DNA of 32,000 nt from Promethearchaeota archaeon (lineage in GTDB: Archaea; Asgardarchaeota; Lokiarchaeia; Sigyniarchaeales; Promethearchaeaceae). The stretch covers positions 120,001 to 152,000 of the forward strand of contig JAFGBS010000001.1 in NCBI GenBank assembly GCA_016933055.1. Direction: 5' to 3'. Below are positions 24,882 to 32,000 of the stretch, piece by piece (within the stretch, counting starts at the first letter, position 1; every line of letters starts with the position of its first letter). The position numbers and the translations under genes were made by a program. The notes under the pieces were generated by a model. It saw only the letters and a list, made by a program, of their open reading frames with translations. It was not told where the DNA came from and made no database searches.

Positions 24882-27065
24882 ATGATTCTATCTGAAATGA
24901 AATATGAAATGCATCCTATAGAAAAGGGATATAATAATCGCACTTTATATGTGAATCTTACAACAAACGAAATTCAAATTAAACTCGTTACCCAAGGAAT
25001 GAAAGAAACATTCACTGGAGGTAAAGGGTTTGATCTTTGGTTAATGTGGAACTCGTTGCCGAAAGATCGAATTGTAAAGTGGAATGATCCCGAAAACGAA
25101 ATTTGTATAGCTTCGGGACCACTTTCTGGTACTAACTTCATCCCAGGTTCTGGAAAATCAATTGTTACTACTATATCCCCTTTAACGGGAATGATTATTG
25201 ATTCAAATGTAGGGGGGTTCTATGGTCCTTTCCTAAAATATTCCGGGTTTGATGCAATTGAGATCCAAGGAAAAGCAAAAGAAGAAGTTGTTGTTTTTGT
25301 TGATGGCGAGAATCATGTTGTTCGGATTGAAACAGCGGAAAACACCCCTAAATATTCACATGAACTCACTCAATACCTCACTAATAATTTTTCCCCTGAA
25401 GATAATCCAGCAGATAAGTATCGTGTTTCAGTTGTTTCCACGGGTCCTGCTGCCGGCTACACTAACTGGGGGTTGTTGAATTTTAGCTGGTATATTCGAC
25501 CCCGGGAATGGGCTTCGTATAAACAAGCGGGTCGGGGGGGAATTGGCACTGTGTTTAAAGATAAAAACATCAAAGCTTTAATTTGCTTGTCCCCCAAAAA
25601 ACCCCAACGTGATGTAGGTGCTGCAAATAAGGATATTGCACGAAATTCGGGAGCTAAACATAACAAAGAAATTATTACTAATGATCCAAAGCAAAATCAA
25701 ATGCGGCAGATTGGAACGGGACACCTTCCTATCATTATGAATGAATATGATCTTTTACCTACAGAAAACTATCGATTTGGAAGACATCGGACTTGGAGTG
25801 AAGAAGAGGGTGAATTTCCGTACTCTTGGGATGTCTGGAAAACCTTTATGATTGATGAACATGGTCTTAGTGGATGTTGGACGGGGTGTACTATTGCTTG
25901 CTCGCATTTTTCTCCTAATCACACTTTACTGACAGGTCCACTCAAAGGACAGGTAGTCCCTATTGATGGTCCCGAATATGAAACTATTGCAGGTTGCGGG
26001 TCAAATTGGGGGGTCTGGGATCCGAAATGGATTCTGGAAGTCAATTTTTACTGTGATACCTATGGGCTTGATACCATTTCAGTGGGAACTGGTATTGCAT
26101 TTGTAATGGAGTGTTATGAATCCGGAATTCTGAATAAGGAAATTACCGGTGGTTTAGAATTGAACTTTGGAAATGCAGAAGCTGCAATGGAATTAGTTCA
26201 TCAAATGGCTCGTGGTGAGGGCTTTGGGATGATTGTTGGAAAAGGTATTCGTCAAATGAAGAAAATTTTTGCTGATAATTATGGTGGAGACCCCCAATTT
26301 CTCCAAGATATCGGAATGGAGCATAAAGGACTTGAAGTTTCTGAATATATGACCAAGGAATCTATTGCCCAACAAGGTGGCTATGGATTCACACTTAAAG
26401 GGCCTCAACACGATGAAGCGTGGCTCATATTCGAGGATATGGTAAGAAAGTCAATTCCAACGTTTGAGGATAAAGCTAATGCGCTGTGTTGGTTTCCGTT
26501 CTTTAGAACTTGGTTTGGGTTGAATGGATTATGTAAATTACCATGGAATGATGTGCAACCTCCAGATAATAAAGATAATCCTATAAAAGATGAGAACGGA
26601 GAACTATATCGGGCACGTATTCCCAAGCATGTACAGTTCTACGCGGATTATGCTGAAGGAATTACCGGTGTACCAACTACACCTGAAGATCTTGTAAAGA
26701 GAAGTGAAGTTGTATATAATTTCCAACGTATTTTCAATATTCGACAAGGGCACGGATTGCGGAACGACGATGCAAATTTTCCGTATCGTGGTATGGGACC
26801 GGTTACTCCCTTGGAATATGAAAGTCGGAAGAGTCGTTATGACACTCAGTTGAAAGAGATTTTAGGAATCGATCCTACCGATAAAACAACAGAGGAAAAA
26901 ATTAGGAACTTACGGAAATATAGAGAGGAGCAATACACGAAATTGCAAAATGTTGTATATGAGAAACGCGGATGGAGTAAGCACGGTTGTCCGACCATTG
27001 AGAAAGTTAAAGAACTCGGAATTGATTTTGAAGACGTGCTTAAGGTCATTCAACCATACCAATAA
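24882..27065 (+). CDS. Tungsten/molybdenum aldehyde:ferredoxin oxidoreductase family protein (long 727-aa type)
   Basis: GPLSGT..PGSGK, SPLTG.I.DSNVGG, LKYSGFDAI, GRGGIGTVF..KNIKA, Cys cluster CWTGCTIAC, GPEYET, CDTYGLDTIS, HKGLE, GLCK, Y..RGW...G.P. Confidence 0.93.
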   Translation: MILSEMKYEMHPIEKGYNNRTLYVNLTTNEIQIKLVTQGMKETFTGGKGFDLWLMWNSLPKDRIVKWNDPENEICIASGPLSGTNFIPGSGKSIVTTISPLTGMIIDSNVGGFYGPFLKYSGFDAIEIQGKAKEEVVVFVDGENHVVRIETAENTPKYSHELTQYLTNNFSPEDNPADKYRVSVVSTGPAAGYTNWGLLNFSWYIRPREWASYKQAGRGGIGTVFKDKNIKALICLSPKKPQRDVGAANKDIARNSGAKHNKEIITNDPKQNQMRQIGTGHLPIIMNEYDLLPTENYRFGRHRTWSEEEGEFPYSWDVWKTFMIDEHGLSGCWTGCTIACSHFSPNHTLLTGPLKGQVVPIDGPEYETIAGCGSNWGVWDPKWILEVNFYCDTYGLDTISVGTGIAFVMECYESGILNKEITGGLELNFGNAEAAMELVHQMARGEGFGMIVGKGIRQMKKIFADNYGGDPQFLQDIGMEHKGLEVSEYMTKESIAQQGGYGFTLKGPQHDEAWLIFEDMVRKSIPTFEDKANALCWFPFFRTWFGLNGLCKLPWNDVQPPDNKDNPIKDENGELYRARIPKHVQFYADYAEGITGVPTTPEDLVKRSEVVYNFQRIFNIRQGHGLRNDDANFPYRGMGPVTPLEYESRKSRYDTQLKEILGIDPTDKTTEEKIRNLRKYREEQYTKLQNVVYEKRGWSKHGCPTIEKVKELGIDFEDVLKVIQPYQ

Positions 27066-27083
27066 ATCGGAAGAAACCACCAA

Positions 27084-29180
27084 ATGAAGGATATTCAAGA
27101 ACACCCGATTTTAACCATACCAGAACGCAAGAAAATTTCTTTCACGTTCAATGGAGTACCACTAATGGGATATGAGGGAATTGTTATTTCCTCCAATCTT
27201 TTTCTCAATGGTATTAAGATATTTGGACATCATGAAAAAGATAATTCTCCCCAAGGCATTTTTTGTTGCATGGGGCAATGTTCGCAATGCATGGTTCTCG
27301 TAAACGGGCAAGCTATGAAATCTTGTATGACACCATTAAAAGAGGGTATGCAGATTGAAAGCTGTGAGGGGTTGCCAGAACTTCCAGCTCGCGATTCACC
27401 AAGAGAAACTCAACAAATTGAAATCCTTAAAGTAAATACCCTCATAATCGGGGCGGGACCCTCGGGATTATCCGCTGCTAAAACTCTGGGTGAAAAAGGA
27501 GTGGAAATATTACTTATTGATGATAAGGATAGAGTTGGAGGTAAACTAGTGTTGCAAACGCACAAATTCTTTGGTTCTCAAGAGGATGTGTATGCGGGAA
27601 AGCGAGGAATAGAAATCGCAGATATTTTGGGTGATCAGGTAAAAATACTAGAATCGGTTAGGATCTGGTTAAACTCTACTGCTGTAGGATTATTTAGCGA
27701 TGGATTTGTAGGAATTCTCAAAGATCATGACACGTATGTTCTAGTAAAACCAGAAAACTTACTGATCGCAACCGGTGCTCGTGAAAAAATGCTTGTTTTT
27801 CCTGGAAATACTCTACCGGGAGTGTATGGAGCGGGGGCCTTCCAAGTTCTAGTAAATAGAGATCTTGTGAAACCTGCAGAACAAGTGTTTATTGTAGGGG
27901 GGGGAAATGTGGGCTTGATTGCAGGATATCATGCGATCCAAGCTGGAATTGAGGTGATTGGATTAATAGAAGCACTTCCACAATGCGGTGGTTATAAAGT
28001 TCATGAAGAAAAACTCAGACGATTGGGAGTTCCTATATACACCAGTTATACAATTGTCTCTGCAAATGGAAAAAACCGAGTTGAATCCATAACCATAGGA
28101 AAAATTGATGAAAATTGGATGCTAATTCCCGGAACAGAACGAACCTATAAATGTGATACGATTCTGATTGCGGTCGGATTGAATCCTGTGGATGAGTTTT
28201 ATACGAAAGCGAAAGAATATGGATATAGTGTATGGATCTGCGGGGATGCTCAAGAAATTGCGGAAGCTTCCGCTGCAATATTTACAGGTAGAATTGAAGC
28301 GATAAAGATTCTTAATAAAATGGGGGTGGATATTTCTGATTGTGATGAACTTACATATCTTGAACAAAAAGCTACCATCATGAAAACTCACCCCCCCTCC
28401 CCTACAGAATTCGCATGTCCCGATAAAGAAGAAGGTATTTTTCCTGTTTTTCATTGTACCCAAGAGATTCCCTGCAATCCTTGTACAACAGTGTGCCCAC
28501 AAGGTCAAATCCATACTATAAATGATGCTATTGACAAGCTTCCGTATTTTAAAGGAGAAAAAGAGTGTATTGGATGTGGTGCTTGCGTTGCCGTCTGTCC
28601 TGGGCTTGCAATTACGCTAGTAGACTATCGAAGAGACCCTCAAAATCCACATGTTACATTCCCTATGGAATTAACTGAAGAAAAAATCAAAAAAGGATCT
28701 ACAATAATTGTAGCTAGTGAAGACGGAAACTTGGGAAAATACGATGTTATCCATTCACGTATTTTACCTCAATTTCCCAAAACCCATTTAGTCACTGTAC
28801 AACTTCCCGCGAATATTGCAAAATTAGCAACAGCGATTAAATTAGTCCCTAAAAAGCAGACTACCATCGAGCCTATCGATTTGTATAAATCTGAACGTAT
28901 TGAAGATGATGAAATTGTATGTCGATGTGAACGAGTGACTGCAGCTACGGTACGGATGTGGATACGGAAAGGTGTTAAAGATTTCAATGAACTGAAGGGT
29001 TTAACGAGAGTGGGCATGGGTTCTTGCCAAGGAAAAACGTGTATACCTATCATAATGCGTATTTTTAGAGACGAAGGCGTTCCTATTGACGAAGTTACCG
29101 AAAACACCATTCGTCCCTTATATATGGAAGTCCCCTTAGGAACTTTCGCGGGGGTCAAAAGGGAGGATGAGAATACATGA
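27084..29180 (+). CDS. Fused Fe-S flavoprotein: [2Fe-2S] + FAD/NAD(P) reductase + 2x[4Fe-4S] + BFD-like [2Fe-2S] (sarcosine oxidase-alpha / proline dehydrogenase-alpha-like)
   Basis: FCCMGQCSQC...SC; GAGPSG; ATGAREK; GGGNVG; CTQEIPCNPCTTVCP and CIGCGACVAVCP; VCRCERV...GMGSCQGKTC. Confidence 0.88.
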   Translation: MKDIQEHPILTIPERKKISFTFNGVPLMGYEGIVISSNLFLNGIKIFGHHEKDNSPQGIFCCMGQCSQCMVLVNGQAMKSCMTPLKEGMQIESCEGLPELPARDSPRETQQIEILKVNTLIIGAGPSGLSAAKTLGEKGVEILLIDDKDRVGGKLVLQTHKFFGSQEDVYAGKRGIEIADILGDQVKILESVRIWLNSTAVGLFSDGFVGILKDHDTYVLVKPENLLIATGAREKMLVFPGNTLPGVYGAGAFQVLVNRDLVKPAEQVFIVGGGNVGLIAGYHAIQAGIEVIGLIEALPQCGGYKVHEEKLRRLGVPIYTSYTIVSANGKNRVESITIGKIDENWMLIPGTERTYKCDTILIAVGLNPVDEFYTKAKEYGYSVWICGDAQEIAEASAAIFTGRIEAIKILNKMGVDISDCDELTYLEQKATIMKTHPPSPTEFACPDKEEGIFPVFHCTQEIPCNPCTTVCPQGQIHTINDAIDKLPYFKGEKECIGCGACVAVCPGLAITLVDYRRDPQNPHVTFPMELTEEKIKKGSTIIVASEDGNLGKYDVIHSRILPQFPKTHLVTVQLPANIAKLATAIKLVPKKQTTIEPIDLYKSERIEDDEIVCRCERVTAATVRMWIRKGVKDFNELKGLTRVGMGSCQGKTCIPIIMRIFRDEGVPIDEVTENTIRPLYMEVPLGTFAGVKREDENT

Positions 29181-30343
29181 CCTTTTACGATGTAATTATC
29201 GTTGGAGCGGGTAGTATCGGCACACCTACCGCAATGGCATTAGCAAATGCAGGAGTAAAAACTTTGGTTGTTGATAAACTACCATCCGTTGCTCAAGGGG
29301 ACAATAAACATGCCATAGGAGGAATTCGCGCTACACATTCCCAAAAAAGCAAAATTCTCGTTTGCCAGCGTTCTTTAGAAATATTTTCTACTTGGGAAGA
29401 ATTATATGGAGATGATATCTGGTGGGTAGAAGGTGGATATTCCTTTGTTGCGCGATCTGTAGAACACGAACGCCTTCTAAGAGAAACAGTAGAAATTCAG
29501 AAAGAGTATGGATTGAACATCAGTTTTTTGGATGCTGAACAGATTCAGGAACTTATACCTGGAATAAATCCCATTGGTTTGCATGGTGGTACATATAGCC
29601 CAGAAGATGGGAATGCTTCTCCTCTTTATAGTGTACACGCATTCTACGATAATGCTACCAGAAACGGGGCAGAATTTAAGTTTAAAGAGCAAGTCAAGAA
29701 CATCCTAACTAAAAACAGACACGTTGTCGGTGTTAGGACTGACAAAGCTGATTATCAAGCTTCCTTTGTGATTAATGCAGCTGGTGGTAACGGAAAAGAA
29801 ATCGCTAAAATGGTGGATGTTAATGTTCCTTTAGAACCGGAATCTCATGAAGCGGGTATAACTGAAGGAGTAAAATATTTTTTGAGACCAATGGTAGTAG
29901 ATATTCAGCCAGGAACAGATCCCACCTTCGGTAATTCAAAAAATTATTATTTCTATCAAAATAAATTCGGGAAGATAATTTTCTGTATAACCCCAAATCC
30001 GAGTGTTAAAGGAAAGGATAGAACAGAAACTAGTTTTTTTCTTCCCCAAATAGCAAAACGAATGGTTGATCTGATGCCTCGACTCAGCAATATAAAAGTT
30101 CGTCGTCAGTGGAGAGGATTGTACCCGATGACTCCTGATGGAATTCCAATTGTTGGAACAGTAAAGAATATTGCTGGATATATAAATGCAGTAGGGATGT
30201 GTGGTCAAGGTTTTATGTTAGGCCCTGGATTGGGGGAAGTTCTTTGCCGTTTGGTAGAAAAAAAAATTACATCCCAAGACAAGGAAATACTAAAAGAATT
30301 CTCCCTTTATCGTGATTTTGGCAGTGAAGAGAAATTAAAATAA
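29177..30343 (+). CDS. DAO-family FAD-dependent amine/amino-acid dehydrogenase (sarcosine oxidase-beta / L-proline dehydrogenase-beta-like)
   Basis: GAGSIG, GGIRATHS, DGNASP, INAAGG, WRGLYPMTPDGIPIVG, GMCGQGFMLGP; ATGA overlap with the upstream gene. Confidence 0.88.
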   Translation: MTFYDVIIVGAGSIGTPTAMALANAGVKTLVVDKLPSVAQGDNKHAIGGIRATHSQKSKILVCQRSLEIFSTWEELYGDDIWWVEGGYSFVARSVEHERLLRETVEIQKEYGLNISFLDAEQIQELIPGINPIGLHGGTYSPEDGNASPLYSVHAFYDNATRNGAEFKFKEQVKNILTKNRHVVGVRTDKADYQASFVINAAGGNGKEIAKMVDVNVPLEPESHEAGITEGVKYFLRPMVVDIQPGTDPTFGNSKNYYFYQNKFGKIIFCITPNPSVKGKDRTETSFFLPQIAKRMVDLMPRLSNIKVRRQWRGLYPMTPDGIPIVGTVKNIAGYINAVGMCGQGFMLGPGLGEVLCRLVEKKITSQDKEILKEFSLYRDFGSEEKLK

Positions 30344-30361
30344 AGAAAAAGCAAGAGAATT

Positions 30362-31159
30362 CTACGTTTTATTTCTTTTTATTTTCCAGTATATTATAAT
30401 ATAAATAGAAAGTATTAGAAATAATATAACTCGTAAGATTTCTACTCGGGTGGACGGACCGAATAATTCTCCTGCTAGATTGTTGGAAAAATGTAGAATC
30501 ATCGCAGATATCATGCTAAATTTAGTTTTCTGAAATACAAAAGTTATGATGAACGTAAATAAAAAAGCGGAGATCATGTATATATAAAAATTGGTTGTGA
30601 AGATTCCTAAACCATTTTGATAGGTACCTGAAATTAAGAACAGAGGTATGTGCCAAAAAGACCAGAAAATACCAAGAATACTGGAAGATAACGTTGCGTT
30701 TACATTGTCCAATAATTTGGGTAATGCATAAGCTCTCCATCCAAACTCCTCGATGAGAACTGTAATAAGTCCAAACCCGATTATTGAAAAAACCCCATAA
30801 AAATCTTGCCCTAGATTAACTATATTCGAAAATTGAATGGAATACCCGAAAAACAAAATATCCAATAGAATTGCAGTGATAATTATCATAAATGGCCCAA
30901 AAAGGCTGATGAAGAACCATAGGAACGATATTCGTTTCACGTCTGTAAATCTCAGCCAGTATTCAGCACGCTTTGTTTTATTCTCAAAAAATGAAAGAAT
31001 TATCCCGACACAAGAAGGTGCAATTCCTCCAAATGCATAAAGAACGAAGACATACCAAATTGAAAGTGGTTGGTTTATTATTATGGCAATAATCCAACAT
31101 AACCAGCTCCATACATATGTAAACACGAAAAATAAAACTAGATCTCTATAATTTTTCAT
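30362..31159 (-). CDS. CPBP (CAAX/Rce1/Abi) family intramembrane glutamic metalloprotease
   Basis: About 7-8 hydrophobic segments; EEFGWR (EExxxR), FWSFWH (FxxxH), HFSNN (HxxxN). ATG 31159; the track starts at GTG 31168. Confidence 0.9.
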   Translation of the reverse strand: MKNYRDLVLFFVFTYVWSWLCWIIAIIINQPLSIWYVFVLYAFGGIAPSCVGIILSFFENKTKRAEYWLRFTDVKRISFLWFFISLFGPFMIIITAILLDILFFGYSIQFSNIVNLGQDFYGVFSIIGFGLITVLIEEFGWRAYALPKLLDNVNATLSSSILGIFWSFWHIPLFLISGTYQNGLGIFTTNFYIYMISAFLFTFIITFVFQKTKFSMISAMILHFSNNLAGELFGPSTRVEILRVILFLILSIYIIIYWKIKRNKT

Positions 31160-31202
31160 TCTTATCACTAAATTTACCTATCTAATAGTTAAAAATCACA
31201 AT

Positions 31203-31214
31203 TTTATATATAAA
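31203..31214. promoter_or_regulatory. Palindromic TATA box TTTATATATAAA in the CPBP / OTC divergent spacer
   Basis: A perfect 12-bp palindrome reading TTTATATA on both strands, about 44 nt from the CPBP ATG and about 92 nt from the OTC ATG. Confidence 0.55.
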
Positions 31215-31305
31215 CAAGAACTCAACTTACTAAACGAAATTGCTTGTTTAGAAAATTTAATGTTTAATATTTACTATCATAATTGAAAGAAAAGAAAGTG
31301 ATTAT

Positions 31306-32000
31306 ATGGTTAGACATCTCACTAAAATTTCTGATTTTACGAAAAAAGAATGTGATTTTATCATCCACAAGGCAATCGAGATGAAAAAAACACCCGAAAA
31401 ATTCTATGCTACTTTGCAACATAAAACTATGTTAATGATTTTCGAAAAACCCTCCTTACGAACTCGAGTCTCCTTTGAGACTGGATTAAATCAATTAGGT
31501 GGGCATGCAATTTACTACTCTATTAAGGATTCCCCTCTTGGAAAGAAAGAAAATATTGCAGATACAGCCCGATGCGCCAGTAGATATGTGGATATCATTG
31601 GAGCTCGTGTTTTTAAAAGACAAGATGTATGGAATCTTGCACAGTATTCGGATGTTCCAGTGATCAATATGTTAGATGACTTCGCACACCCATGTCAGAT
31701 TTTGTGTGATTTCCAAACAATCTTGGAGAAAAAGGGACGATTAGAAAATCTTAAACTCTCCTATTTCGGGGATGCGTATAATAACGTAACTTATGATTTG
31801 ATGAGAATAGCAGCGATCTATGGTTTGGAAATGGATGTGGCATGCCCTACCGGAGGAGAATATTCTCCCGAACAAGGTGTATTGAATGAAATTGCGAAAT
31901 TATCTGAAAAATCTGATGCAAAAGTGCGAGTGGTGCACGATGCATTAGAAGCAGCAAAAGAATCGGATGTATTATATACTGATTCATGGATGAGTTACGG
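31306..32000 (+). CDS. argF: Ornithine carbamoyltransferase (ArgF/ArcB), 3'-truncated by the window edge; not in the supplied ORF track
   Basis: Hand translation: MVRHLTKISDF...FEKPSLRTRVSFE...LGGHAIYY...KENIADTAR...INMLDDFAHPCQILCD...YFGDAYNNVTYDLMR...YTDSWMSY; open for 231 codons to the window end. Confidence 0.95.
   Translation, partial: MVRHLTKISDFTKKECDFIIHKAIEMKKTPEKFYATLQHKTMLMIFEKPSLRTRVSFETGLNQLGGHAIYYSIKDSPLGKKENIADTARCASRYVDIIGARVFKRQDVWNLAQYSDVPVINMLDDFAHPCQILCDFQTILEKKGRLENLKLSYFGDAYNNVTYDLMRIAAIYGLEMDVACPTGGEYSPEQGVLNEIAKLSEKSDAKVRVVHDALEAAKESDVLYTDSWMSY

Noticed and set aside
1-32000. CRISPR arrays, tRNA/rRNA, IS elements, integrases, frameshifted pseudogenes
   Set aside because: There are no regularly spaced repeats, no cloverleaf or GC-rich RNA-like tracts and no transposase motifs. 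All intergenic gaps are about 210 nt or shorter, and all complete ORFs are full length for their families.

Overview
AT-rich (roughly 35-37% GC by eye), gene-dense archaeal window, most likely an Asgard archaeon of the Lokiarchaeia. This is inferred from an archaeal-type AlaRS, an IPGY-TM-basic 'Loki-CTERM'-type tail and TATA-box/oligo-T signals. The core is a 17-kb, 12-gene citric-acid-cycle supercluster split into two divergent arms. The minus arm is korA-korB-sdhA-sdhB-fumC-FMN alpha-hydroxy-acid oxidoreductase, then acnA. The plus arm is sucC-sucD-aclB-aclA-icd. The cluster has a two-subunit ATP-citrate lyase that closely resembles the eukaryotic/plant enzyme, but no citrate synthase, no NAD-malate dehydrogenase and no SdhC/D membrane anchor. 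It is followed by a probable amino-acid catabolism region: a divergent arginine-synthetase(ArcE)/cDPGS-family P-loop enzyme, a W/Mo aldehyde:ferredoxin oxidoreductase, a fused multi-Fe-S flavoprotein with a DAO-family amine dehydrogenase, a CPBP protease and a Giardia-like ornithine carbamoyltransferase. The OTC runs off the window end and is absent from the supplied ORF track. I saw no RNA genes, CRISPR arrays, mobile elements or frameshifts. All family comparisons are from remembered consensus motifs, not from searches.
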